Shown one piece after another: positions 9,980 to 19,466 of a DNA stretch of 64,000 nt. The stretch covers positions 50,854-114,853 of the forward strand of contig CAXXTH010000021.1 in assembly GCA_963668025.2 (NCBI GenBank), written 5' to 3'. Numbering within the stretch: position 1 is the first letter of the stretch; every line of letters begins with the position of its first letter. The position numbers were made by a program, and so were the translations under genes. The notes under the pieces were generated by a model that saw only the letters and a list, made by a program, of their open reading frames with translations, was not told where the DNA came from and did not search any database. Source of the stretch: Candidatus Hydrogenedentota bacterium. GTDB lineage: Bacteria; Hydrogenedentota; Hydrogenedentia; Hydrogenedentales; SLHB01.

Positions 9980-10189
9980 TAAAAATGAATGCCTCCATCA
10001 TAGGCGGTTTATTATGTATTCTCAGTTCAAAGACCGTCCCGATGTTTTTACTTCAGTCGGCTAAAGTGTTACGAGATATCAATGCTTTATGAATGTGGGT
10101 AAAATTCCAAAGAAACTCATTCATCCTAAACATAACCATCTGCGTGTCAAAAATATGTCAAATTCGAGTAATCTGTATTATGCTATTAG

Positions 10190-11143
10190 TTAATAGAGAG
10201 TAATGCTGTTAGGATTAATATTTTTCTCAATTCCAGGGTGCAACCAGAATTTTATACATGATCTCTTAAATCTATCTATAATTGGACTGCCTGCCAAACC
10301 TTCCCAATTATATTTATCGAACTCTCCCTTGTCCATATAAATGATAACCCCATTATTTGAAGAGTCTTTCCCATATGAGTCTGTGAATGTGCATTCCTTA
10401 TAGTACTGAAACTGGGAAACATATCCCGATGCAAAAAACGTTTGACCCATATTAACAAAATCGTGAATGGTTTCCTTCACACACATCTCAATTGTCAATT
10501 CTGTTGTTGGTTTCTGAGTCACCTCCAGTACACCATTATGGAAAAGTATCTCGTATTCCTTATCGTCTGGAAGAACTGTTTTGCTGAGCATCTTTACTTC
10601 TTCTTCATCGGTGAATGATTTCGTTTCTCCCGTGTCAAATAAGGTTGACGGATTTTTCAAACCTGAAAAGTGGATCCATCGAATATCATCGATGTCATAC
10701 GGCTTAACGAATTCGAGGTAGGTTCCCGTTAAACCATCTTTGGTGATTCCAGAGTATACGAGTTTCTCTCTCGTATGGATCTGGGCATTATCACCATTCC
10801 ATGTTGAATAGCCACTCAATTCACCTCTCACTTCGTAAATCACTCCCTTCTTCAAAGACTTCCATTGATCGGGATTTTCAGCAGCCTTCGGACTTTGTGC
10901 TTGTGCTACTTTTTTACTACTGTGTTTCTCTTCTGAACTAATGGCAGAACCAATCATACCGACTAAAAATATCGCTCCGAAAAAGATACAGATAGCTTTA
11001 ACTAAGTCCTTACTATGTTTTTGTTTATGTGGTTTCAAGATAGTCAATGGCTGTCCACAATGATTGCAACTTCCCTTCATGCCTGCATATTCATCAGGCA
11101 CTATCAATTCTTTTCCACAGTGGTGGCACTTTTGCTTAATCAT
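10190..11143 (-). CDS. Hypothetical membrane protein with N-terminal double-CxxC zinc ribbon, AT-rich
   Basis: CHHC...CNHC, one TM helix, large C-terminal domain; GGAGG upstream; composition differs visibly from the flanks. Confidence 0.75.
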   Translation of the reverse strand: MIKQKCHHCGKELIVPDEYAGMKGSCNHCGQPLTILKPHKQKHSKDLVKAICIFFGAIFLVGMIGSAISSEEKHSSKKVAQAQSPKAAENPDQWKSLKKGVIYEVRGELSGYSTWNGDNAQIHTREKLVYSGITKDGLTGTYLEFVKPYDIDDIRWIHFSGLKNPSTLFDTGETKSFTDEEEVKMLSKTVLPDDKEYEILFHNGVLEVTQKPTTELTIEMCVKETIHDFVNMGQTFFASGYVSQFQYYKECTFTDSYGKDSSNNGVIIYMDKGEFDKYNWEGLAGSPIIDRFKRSCIKFWLHPGIEKNINPNSITLY

Positions 11144-11300
11144 GGTTTTTTCCCTTCGAGTTTACTTACCTCCGTTACGGAGTATTGCAACACCCCAATT
11201 CAATAAAAGCAATACTCGAAACAATTTATGACAAATTAATGAAAATAAACAGTGTGAGGCAAGATATAATAGGTAAGCTGTTGAGCATTCCATGGGCTCC

Positions 11301-12353
11301 TCATCCGTATTTATAACGCGCCGCGCATGAGCCTTCGCCCGACACCATGCAGGGGCCCAGAGGATTGCGCGGCGTACAGGGCTTGCCGAAGAGCGGGCAT
11401 TCGGGCGGATGAATCAGGCCCTTGAGCACTTCGCCACATCGGCATCCCGGCAGATGAATGGGCTCCAGCTCTGGCAAGCGGTAACGCAAGGCTGCATCGA
11501 ATGCATGCAGTTCTGGCCGGAAACGCAGGCCGCTGCCGGGGATGGTTCCCAGGCCGCGCCATTCGGCGTCCGCCGGCTCGAAGGCCCGCATCAAAACGTC
11601 CCACGCGCGGCGGTTGCCCCTCGGCTTGACGGCGCGCGTATATTGGACGAACGACCCCGTCCGCTCCTCGAGCAAGCACTCGAGCAGCATGGCGATGCCC
11701 TCGAGCACGTCGGAAGGCTCGAATCCCGTGGCCACGCAAGGGATGCCGTTGCGCTTGGCAAGATTTTCATACGCCTCTGGCCCGAGGATCACCGTTACAT
11801 GCCCCGGCGTGAGGAAGGCGCTGATATGGGAAGCGCCCTCTAAAACCGCTTCCATGGCGGGCAGAATGAGCTTGTGCGAGGCGTAGATCGAGAAATTCGT
11901 GATGCCTCGTTCCTGGGCCTGGAGCGCGGTGGCCGCCACGCCCGGCGAGGTCGTCTCGAATCCCACGCCGAGAAACGCCACTTCCCGCTCGGGATTGGCC
12001 TCGGCGAGGGCGAGGGCGTCGAGCGGCGAATAAACGACCCGTACATCCGCACCGTTGGTGCGTTCGTGTTCGAGCGAGGAGGTAACGCCTGGTACGCGGA
12101 GCATGTCGCCGAAGGTGGCGATGATCAGGCCGGGGATCCGGGCAAGAAGCAGCATGCGCTCGATATCACGTTGTGAGGTGACGCAGACCGGGCAGCCGGG
12201 GCCGGACACCAATTCAACGTTTTCCGGCATGAGCGTGCGCAGGCCCCCGCGTCCGATGGCATGGGTGTGGGTGCCGCAGACCTCCATCAGGCGGACGTGG
12301 CGGCTAATAGCTTCCGCCGCACGGCGCAGGCGGTTCAGCGGCGGTTCAGGCAT
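11301..12353 (-). CDS. hypD: Hydrogenase maturation protein HypD
   Basis: MEVCGTHT, GPGCPVC, GFETT, PGHV, C-terminal Cys cluster GPCMVSGEGSC. Confidence 0.97.
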   Translation of the reverse strand: MPEPPLNRLRRAAEAISRHVRLMEVCGTHTHAIGRGGLRTLMPENVELVSGPGCPVCVTSQRDIERMLLLARIPGLIIATFGDMLRVPGVTSSLEHERTNGADVRVVYSPLDALALAEANPEREVAFLGVGFETTSPGVAATALQAQERGITNFSIYASHKLILPAMEAVLEGASHISAFLTPGHVTVILGPEAYENLAKRNGIPCVATGFEPSDVLEGIAMLLECLLEERTGSFVQYTRAVKPRGNRRAWDVLMRAFEPADAEWRGLGTIPGSGLRFRPELHAFDAALRYRLPELEPIHLPGCRCGEVLKGLIHPPECPLFGKPCTPRNPLGPCMVSGEGSCAARYKYG

Positions 12354-12582
12354 CGGCGTTTTCCGTATCCATGCGATGGACATCCGCAAACAGCCGGAGC
12401 GTTTCCTCGGCGTCCTCGGGGGCGAGCTTCTCGATGGCGAACCCGGCATGGACCAGCACCCAATCGCCCACCTCGGGGGCGTCAATGAGGCTCAAGTCCG
12501 CCTCGATGACATTGCCCTCGAGCTCGATGCGGCCGCGCATGCCGTTCATTTGTGTGATGCGCGCGGGTATGGCTAAACACAT
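12346..12582 (-). CDS. hypC: Hydrogenase chaperone HypC
   Basis: MCLAIPA N-terminus and GDWVLVHAGFA. Confidence 0.96.
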   Translation of the reverse strand: MCLAIPARITQMNGMRGRIELEGNVIEADLSLIDAPEVGDWVLVHAGFAIEKLAPEDAEETLRLFADVHRMDTENADA

Positions 12583-14894
12583 TGCAGCCTCCTGGCGGCC
12601 ACCGCCGCTTGTCCCAAGCAAATGCCCCCATCGCCCGCAGGCGTATCGGTATTCAAGAGTATCTCGAAACTGTCTTCCGCCAGCAGCGGCATGAGCCGTT
12701 CCGTAAGGAAGGCGTTGGCGAAGACGCCGCCCGACAATACGGTGGCCGAGATGCCGGTATTGTCGCGCACCCGGCGGCAGATGTCCAGCGCCAGCCGGGC
12801 GGCTGAATTATGGAATCGCGCCGCACAAATGCTTGGCTCCACCCCCCGCCGCAGGTCGTTCACTATACCTATTACTATGTCCGCGCCATGGACCACCCAA
12901 GCGCCCGCCTCATCGCGGCTGGTTTCCACGGGATACCAGCCCGTCTCGTCCGGCTCTTCACTGGCCAGCGCTTCGAGTTCCATGGGGGCCTGGGCATGGT
13001 AGGTGTTCATATGACAAACACCCAGAAGCGCGCTTGCGGCGTCGAACAGGCGGCCCATGCTCGAGGTGAACGGGCAATTCACGGTGCGCGCCAGCAGGCT
13101 GCCCACGATGTTCATTTCTTCTTGGGCAAACCCCGGCATTAGCTCCACGGCCATCAGTTCCGCCTGGCGGCCAAAGGCGGCTTTCAGGTATACATACGCC
13201 ATGCGTGCGGGGCGTTTCGATGCGGCGTCGCCGCCAGGCTGAGGCATAGGCTGTAGATACCCCACGCGTTTGAAGCCAGCCAGGTCGCACATGAGGAATT
13301 CCCCACCCCAAGGCTTGTCGTCCTCGCCCCAGCCCATGCCGTCGAAAGATACGCCTATCACCTTGTCCGTCCGCCCGGTTTCGGCGAGGACCGACGCCAC
13401 ATGGGCGTGGTGATGCTGCACCTGGATAAGCGTCAGGCCGGATTCGCGGGCATAACTGGTCGAGAGATAGCTCGGATGCAGGTCGCAGGCCACCGCGCCA
13501 GGCTCGACATCGAGAATGTCCTTCAGGTGGGCGATAGCCTGAAGGAAGGCCTCGTAGGCGGGCACATTCTCCATATCGCCGATATGATGGCTAAGGTAGG
13601 CCTGCCCTTCCCGCGTCACGCAGACCACATTGTTCAATTCCGCGCCCACGGCCAGGATCTCACATGGGCCAGTCTTCACCGGCAGCGCCACTGGAAAAGG
13701 CGCATACCCCCTCGACCGGCGCAAAAAGCGCATCTTGCCCGAGATGATGCGGCCTACCGAGTCATCGGTGCGGATGTGGATGCCCCGGTCATGGAGCAGG
13801 AAAGCGTCCGCCAGGCCGCCCAAGCGTTCTTTCGCTTCCGTGTTCTCGTGGGCGATAGGTTCTTGGCTCATATTGCCGCTCGTCATGACCAGCGCCAGGT
13901 ACGGCCCTTCGAGCAGCAGATGGTGCAGCGGCGTGTACGGGAGCATGACCCCAAACGTGTTGCTGCGCGGCGCGGCTTCCTCGGCAATGGCGTGAAAAGG
14001 CCGTTTCGGCAGCAGCAAGATGGGCCGCTCGCGCCCCTCGAGGATTTCCCGCGCGCCCCATGGAAGCTCACAGAACCGTGAAACCGCCTCGATGTTCCGC
14101 GCCATCAGCGCGAAGGGCTTCATGTCTCGGTGCTTACGCCGCCGCAGCATGCGCACGGCCTCGGCGTTCGATGCGTCGCACGCCAGGTGGAAGCCGCCTA
14201 ATCCCTTGATGGCGAGGATTTCCCCGGCGGCCAGGCGTTCGATGGCCGCTCCGATGGGATTCGAGGGGGCTAGATCATTGCTGTAGCCATCTTGCATGAA
14301 CACGCGTGGCCCGCACACGGGACAGCAGGTGGGTTCGGCGTGAAAGCGGCGGTTGGCGGGGTCTTCATATTCGGCGTGGCAGGCCGGGCACATCTCGAAG
14401 GCGGCCATGGTGGTGCGGGCGCGGTCGTATGGGACGCCTTGGATAATGGTATAGCGAGGGCCGCAATTGGTGCAGTTAATAAAAGGATAGCGGAAGCGGC
14501 GGTTGGCGGGCTCGCGCATCTCGCGCAGGCAGTCCGGGCACACCGCCAAGTCAGGTGGGATCAGCACCGTGCGCCCGCCCGCCTGGACGCTCGTGAGTAT
14601 CGAGAAGCCTTCCGCGCCGGTAGGCTCGAGGGGCGACGCCTCTACTCCTTGGAGCCATGCCATCGGGGGAGGGGCCGTTTGAAGCTCGTGGAGAAAGGCT
14701 TGGATATGGGCGGTTTCGCCCTCGAGTTCGATGGCCACGCCCCGAGGTTCATTGCGTACGAAGCCCGAAAGCCGCAGCCGCGTGGCCAGCCCGTAGACAA
14801 AGGGCCGGAACCCCACGCCCTGCACTGCACCCCGCACCTGTACGCGCATCCGCTCGATGGCCATGCCGGCTCCCTGCATTCTCTCTTCACCCAA
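12573..14894 (-). CDS. hypF: Carbamoyltransferase HypF
   Basis: GAVQGVGFRPFV, zinc fingers CTNCGPRY, KGLGGFHL, QHHHAH, SSMGRLFD, GDGG; exact start uncertain. Confidence 0.97.
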   Translation of the reverse strand: MGEERMQGAGMAIERMRVQVRGAVQGVGFRPFVYGLATRLRLSGFVRNEPRGVAIELEGETAHIQAFLHELQTAPPPMAWLQGVEASPLEPTGAEGFSILTSVQAGGRTVLIPPDLAVCPDCLREMREPANRRFRYPFINCTNCGPRYTIIQGVPYDRARTTMAAFEMCPACHAEYEDPANRRFHAEPTCCPVCGPRVFMQDGYSNDLAPSNPIGAAIERLAAGEILAIKGLGGFHLACDASNAEAVRMLRRRKHRDMKPFALMARNIEAVSRFCELPWGAREILEGRERPILLLPKRPFHAIAEEAAPRSNTFGVMLPYTPLHHLLLEGPYLALVMTSGNMSQEPIAHENTEAKERLGGLADAFLLHDRGIHIRTDDSVGRIISGKMRFLRRSRGYAPFPVALPVKTGPCEILAVGAELNNVVCVTREGQAYLSHHIGDMENVPAYEAFLQAIAHLKDILDVEPGAVACDLHPSYLSTSYARESGLTLIQVQHHHAHVASVLAETGRTDKVIGVSFDGMGWGEDDKPWGGEFLMCDLAGFKRVGYLQPMPQPGGDAASKRPARMAYVYLKAAFGRQAELMAVELMPGFAQEEMNIVGSLLARTVNCPFTSSMGRLFDAASALLGVCHMNTYHAQAPMELEALASEEPDETGWYPVETSRDEAGAWVVHGADIVIGIVNDLRRGVEPSICAARFHNSAARLALDICRRVRDNTGISATVLSGGVFANAFLTERLMPLLAEDSFEILLNTDTPAGDGGICLGQAAVAARRLQCV

Positions 14895-14950
14895 ACCTGC
14901 AAGGGAACCAGTTTCGCTTACAGGGTATTAAAGATTCAATCCGCACCTCG

Positions 14951-15140
14951 GATTTTTCACCACGGGGACACGGGGAACACGGGGGAGCGCATGCCGCGCT
15001 TTTCACTAAATGGCCATTTAGATGTGGGCAGGCCTTTTTCAACATGTTGCATAGGAAATATAAACGACATTTTCTTGGCATTTGGTTATTAGCCGCCATA
15101 TCGATCCCCGTGGCTTCCCGTGTCCCCGTGGTGAAAAATC
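14951..15140. mobile_element. MITE-like element with ~36-bp terminal inverted repeats built from CACGGGG units
   Basis: GATTTTTCACCACGGGGACACGGG (24 bp) is exactly inverted at 15117-15140; AT-rich non-coding interior. Confidence 0.6.
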
Positions 15141-15170
15141 TGGATCTTGGGTTGCAGTATAACTTCGGAA

Positions 15171-15210
15171 TTGACCTAAAGCGGCTGCCAAGTGCATACT
15201 ATAACTGCAC
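15171..15210 (+). promoter_or_regulatory. Toxin-antitoxin promoter with overlapping operator palindrome
   Basis: TTGACC, 18 nt, CATACT; GTGCA-N9-TGCAC palindrome at 15192-15210. Confidence 0.55.
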
Positions 15211-15231
15211 ACAATGAGTGGAGGTGCGAAA

Positions 15232-15477
15232 ATGAAAGCGACTATTTTGGACATGAGACGGAATCCCAAGAAGATCCTCGACGCGATTGCCCGTAGCGAA
15301 ACAGTCACGCTTACCAACCGGGGCAAGCAGGTGGCCCAGATCGAACCGATCCGGGACGGCCAACGTCCTAGCGCCTCCGAGCACGAAGCTTTCGGCATGT
15401 GGGCTGGCCGCTCTGAGCTGGATGATCCTTCGGCCTATGTTCGCGAACTCCGAAAGGGACGTTTCGGTGCTCTTTGA
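15232..15477 (+). CDS. Phd/YefM family antitoxin
   Basis: MKATILDMRRN...VTLTNRGKQVAQI; overlaps the PIN gene. Confidence 0.85.
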   Translation: MKATILDMRRNPKKILDAIARSETVTLTNRGKQVAQIEPIRDGQRPSASEHEAFGMWAGRSELDDPSAYVRELRKGRFGAL

Positions 15478-15844
15478 TACGGATGTGATCATTTGGATCT
15501 TACGTGGAAACAAGCGCGCGGCCAAGGAAATCGACCAGGCGGATCAGTTGGAGCTATCGGTGGTGAGCTACATGGAACTGCTGCAAGGCGTTCGCGATAA
15601 GAAAGATTTGCGCTTGACGAAAGCCTTTCTGGCCGCTCTGGGTTTCCAGATACTCCCGCTATCGGAGAATATCGGCCACCGCGCCTCGATCTACTTGGAG
15701 GAGTATGGCCTGAAGACAAACCTGGGCGTTCCCGATGCATTGATCGCCGCCACGGCCGTGGAAAACGGCCGCATACTTTGCTCGGGAAACGCCAAGGATT
15801 ATAAGGCCATCGCCGAAATCGCGTTGAAAGTGTTTAGTCCATAA
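15467..15844 (+). CDS. vapC: PIN-domain VapC toxin
   Basis: GTG start, LFDTDVII, MELLQG, DALIAATA, SGNAKDY. Confidence 0.9.
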   Translation: MLFDTDVIIWILRGNKRAAKEIDQADQLELSVVSYMELLQGVRDKKDLRLTKAFLAALGFQILPLSENIGHRASIYLEEYGLKTNLGVPDALIAATAVENGRILCSGNAKDYKAIAEIALKVFSP

Positions 15845-16080
15845 CTCTTTTAAGCGGCTCTGGCAACCCTTCCGGACAAAAAAGGAAAAACGATTCCATA
15901 CTCCCCATTCATGACACAGGCCTCGGAGCCGGCCTGGCATCGAGCAGCTTGGAGCTGGCTTGAATTTGACATCTAAGAGCGGGTGTGCCTAGAATGTACA
16001 TTATACTTTACCCGGAGGAAGTCCGTTAAAGCTGAAAGCGGACCAAAACAGAGTCAAGAACAAAAGGAGGCCAATACCTC

Positions 16081-16434
16081 ATGTTTGAGATTCTCGCGTT
16101 GGTTCTGCTCTCCCAGCAGCCGATTCACCCAGTTGTCGAGGGGACGGCTTCGTATTACACGGTGGAGAGCAGCAGCCGGGTGACAGCATCGGGAGAGATG
16201 CTGCACGACGAGGCCTTGACGTGCGCAATGCCGGATGGCGAATTCGGCACCTACTACCTGGTTGTGGCCAGCAATGGCAACTCGGTGGTAGTGCGTTTGA
16301 ACGACCGCGGGCCATTCAAGCAAGGGCGGGTGATCGATCTCTCGTATGCCGCCATGCGCGAATTGTGCCCACGGTCCACCACCGTCAAGGTAAAAGTGTA
16401 TAAGCTTGGAAAAGACGCGGCTTCGCCTCCATAA
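16081..16434 (+). CDS. RlpA-like DPBB lytic transglycosylase domain protein
   Basis: GTASYY, TASGE, VRLNDRGPF, RVIDLSYAA; AAGGAGG RBS. Confidence 0.88.
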   Translation: MFEILALVLLSQQPIHPVVEGTASYYTVESSSRVTASGEMLHDEALTCAMPDGEFGTYYLVVASNGNSVVVRLNDRGPFKQGRVIDLSYAAMRELCPRSTTVKVKVYKLGKDAASPP

Positions 16435-16502
16435 CGGAGGAGGGGCGCAATTACACCCTTGCGGGCGGCGACGGCGGTATGCTGGCGCCGCCCATTGTGT
16501 TT

Positions 16503-16570
16503 GGGGTTTAGGGTCTAGGGATCGGATCATGAACCCTATACCCTGAACCCTATACCCTAGGGTTTGGGGG
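16503..16570. repeat. Short 7/14-bp repeat tracts in inverted arrangement
   Basis: GGGGTTTAGGGTCTAGGG opposite (GAACCCTATACCCT)x2. Confidence 0.6.
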
Positions 16571-16819
16571 GCCGACAGGAGCGGAAGGCGCGTGCAATTG
16601 CATTTGCAAAAAATGAAAGCTCCTCTAGGTAGTTCCTGCTTAGAATGGGTGGTTTTGAAGATTAAGCAGCTCCACAGTTTTCATTCTTAACGTGGAGATA
16701 CTGAAACGGCCACACGATCATCATGTGAAAACTCCACTATGCGGCGCTTCAAGTTGATATGTACATTCGCAAGCGTTGTTTCAGGTGGCGCATAGAAAGA
16801 AGAATGGCTTTCCCTTTCT

Positions 16820-16860
16820 CGTGGCATGGGCGTCCCGCCCATGCGCATGGAGGGCGCCAT
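16820..16860. repeat. REP with decayed second half
   Basis: CGTGGCATGGGCGTCCCGCCCATG-CG-CATGG... Confidence 0.75.
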
Positions 16861-16871
16861 CGTGCGCTGCT

Positions 16872-17438
16872 CTAATGAATCAGCGAGATGTCGTTCCCGA
16901 AGGAACCATTGCTGGAATGGAGCTGCTGGTGCAGTTCCGTGTGGCGTTGCATGGCAAGGGACATGAAATCCTCGGCAAGGTTGGCGTCTCCTGGAAAACT
17001 AGTTACGGTGCAACCGTAGCCGCGCGCCATTTGCTCCAGATCCTGTGCGAGGCGGGCCAGCGCATTTTGTGCGCCGTCGCCGGTGGTCTCGACAAAAAGG
17101 ATGGCCAAGCTAGAATTGCTCAGTTTGAAGACTTGATCGGTCGTGCGCAATTCATCCGTAAGGCGTTGCCCTAAGCGGGGAAGAATGGCGTCATTTTCTT
17201 CCGGGAAATACAATGTAACCAAGGAAGTAGCCGAGGGGAATCGTATGGAACGGTCGATTTCTTCGCGCACCCGGGCATGCAAGTAGTTTTCCGTACGCAA
17301 TCCCGTCGTTGGATCGCGATGAGCAAGCTTCTCCAAGAGACTACATCGGCGCTCCAGATCCATCCGCCGAGTTGTCTCTTCGCGCAAGCGAACCTGAAGC
17401 TTCTCAATCTGCTCCTTCAACTTCGCGATCTCATCCAT
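16872..17438 (-). CDS. Coiled-coil plus degenerate GGDEF domain protein
   Basis: AHRDPTTGL, LRTTD (RxxD), FKLSNSSLAIL where RxGGDEF should be, SFPGDA. Confidence 0.8.
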   Translation of the reverse strand: MDEIAKLKEQIEKLQVRLREETTRRMDLERRCSLLEKLAHRDPTTGLRTENYLHARVREEIDRSIRFPSATSLVTLYFPEENDAILPRLGQRLTDELRTTDQVFKLSNSSLAILFVETTGDGAQNALARLAQDLEQMARGYGCTVTSFPGDANLAEDFMSLAMQRHTELHQQLHSSNGSFGNDISLIH

Positions 17439-17786
17439 GCATATTCTCCCCTCTCGCTGTTGAATTACAAGACGCAAGACATGTGCCAATAATAACTAGG
17501 ATGGTTGCGTGCGGCAACGCGTTGAAATATAATAAGTTGTGTGATTTTATCCTGGGCAGGCCCATTATTAAAAAGAATGCACTTGGACGCAAGATAATCA
17601 CAGATGACAAACTCTTGCCGTTTGCCTCGTTTTATTAATCGTACATTTCTTGACTTAGCTTCTTCACTTTCATACTATGTTATTGCCACTTATGATAAAT
17701 AGATCGCATTATCATGCGAATATGGGCCGGGACGCCTATACTCCGTGTAAAAAACGGAGGCGCTGTAGTTTCGGCGGAGCCGAATC

Positions 17787-19466
17787 ATGGAACAAGCAGT
17801 ACATGTAACCGAGACTTCCCGAATTTTGATCGTGGAGGACGAATCCTCGCTTCGGGAGATCGCCGTGGCGATTCTCTCGAGGGGTGGGTATGAATGCCAC
17901 TGCGCATGCACCGTAGCAGAAGGCCGGCAAATCTTCGAGAAGGGGCGCTTTGCCTGCGCCTTAGTCGATTTGGGCTTACCAGACGGCCATGGAAAAGATC
18001 TGATCGCCCAGTACGCCAAAGAAGATCCCTTGCTGGTTTCCATTGTCCTAACGGGCAATCAGAGCGCCGCAGCTATCATTGATAGCATGAGGGCGGGCGC
18101 TTTTGATTATTTGATTAAGCCCGTGGATGCTGTCACGTTGAAAACCGCTGTGGGCCGGGCCGTAGCCCATTATAGCGTCAAACTCGAGCGAGCGGAATTA
18201 TTCCGGCTGCTGTATGAGGAGCGGGAGCAGTTACGCAGCCGCGTGGATGCAGCTACCGCGGATATCCGCCAATATGCGGCAGCCTGCGAATGCAGTAATT
18301 CCCGGCTACGCTCGCTTTTACATCTGACCCAGGTCTCTGCCCGCTCTTATTCTGAAGAAACGTTGATACGCCGGGTGTTTGGCGAGGTTCGGGAACATCT
18401 TCCCGTGCGTGGAATCATCGTGAGCAATCCGTCGGCGCGCCAAGTCTTCATGCTCTATATCCAGGAACCGGAACTAGAGGAGCCGGTTTTTTTGGAAGGG
18501 GAAACGCTCACGGATGGCAGCGAATGTAATGCATTTATCGTGGAAGCTGAATCGGCTGAGGTGTTTCAAGATTGGGTTAAGCAGCACACTCGAATGGATA
18601 CGGATACCCTGGCGCTGCTGGTATTCACCCAGCAGTTTTGGAACCAGCCATCATGCGCCATCGGATTTTTCTTGGAAAAACAAGTGAATCCCAATTCATC
18701 GGATCGGGAATTCCTGGATATGTGCGCTTACTTGCTTGTCCTCGAGTGGGAGCGCAGCAAATTGTTGTTTCACGTGGCCCATCAAGCGAGTCTTGGCAAT
18801 ATAGCGGTCGAATTGGTGCGTAATTTTATCCAGCCCCTCACGGCCATACGCACCGCCGCCGATTTTCTTGAAGAGACCATTGTGGATGAAGATTCAAGCC
18901 AAGGGGTGTTGGTGATACGGGAAAACGTCGAGCGCCTCCACCTTCAAACCCAGGAATTCCGAAAGCTTGCTTTCGTGAGGCCGGATTCCGTGGCTACGGT
19001 GCGGCTCGAAGAATATGTGAGCCGAGCGGTGGATTTACTTTCCGTAGCCATACGAAGCCGGAATGTGCAGGTTATTATGGATATCCAATCGCCAGGCGAA
19101 TGCGTGCTGCTCAATGGCACGGCGCTGGCGCGCACCTTCCTCGATTTGATTCTAGGCGCGTTGCGCGCGGTGGAAGTGGGCGGCCATGTTTGGATCACCT
19201 TGCGGGAGATGGATGCCGAGCATGTGGCCTTCGAATTGCGCCATGACGGCCCCCGCCGGGGGGTTTTCATGGATTCGATCACTTCCATGGTGGCGGCCAG
19301 CGTTCCCGGCGAAAAAGCGCAAGTCGAATTGCAGTTTGCGGAACGCACGGTCCATAGCTGTGGCGGAAGCCTCAGCGTGGAGCTTGATGATTCGGGTTCG
19401 GGCATCTTGCGTATTGTGCTGCCAAGCAACGCCACTCGATTCGCGCCAGTAGAGAGAAAGACTTGA
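17787..19466 (+). CDS. Receiver domain plus degenerate histidine-kinase-like protein
   Basis: Intact REC (VEDE, VDLGLPD, KP); H-box reads ELVRNFIQPL with no His; ATP-binding boxes eroded. Confidence 0.82.
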   Translation: MEQAVHVTETSRILIVEDESSLREIAVAILSRGGYECHCACTVAEGRQIFEKGRFACALVDLGLPDGHGKDLIAQYAKEDPLLVSIVLTGNQSAAAIIDSMRAGAFDYLIKPVDAVTLKTAVGRAVAHYSVKLERAELFRLLYEEREQLRSRVDAATADIRQYAAACECSNSRLRSLLHLTQVSARSYSEETLIRRVFGEVREHLPVRGIIVSNPSARQVFMLYIQEPELEEPVFLEGETLTDGSECNAFIVEAESAEVFQDWVKQHTRMDTDTLALLVFTQQFWNQPSCAIGFFLEKQVNPNSSDREFLDMCAYLLVLEWERSKLLFHVAHQASLGNIAVELVRNFIQPLTAIRTAADFLEETIVDEDSSQGVLVIRENVERLHLQTQEFRKLAFVRPDSVATVRLEEYVSRAVDLLSVAIRSRNVQVIMDIQSPGECVLLNGTALARTFLDLILGALRAVEVGGHVWITLREMDAEHVAFELRHDGPRRGVFMDSITSMVAASVPGEKAQVELQFAERTVHSCGGSLSVELDDSGSGILRIVLPSNATRFAPVERKT

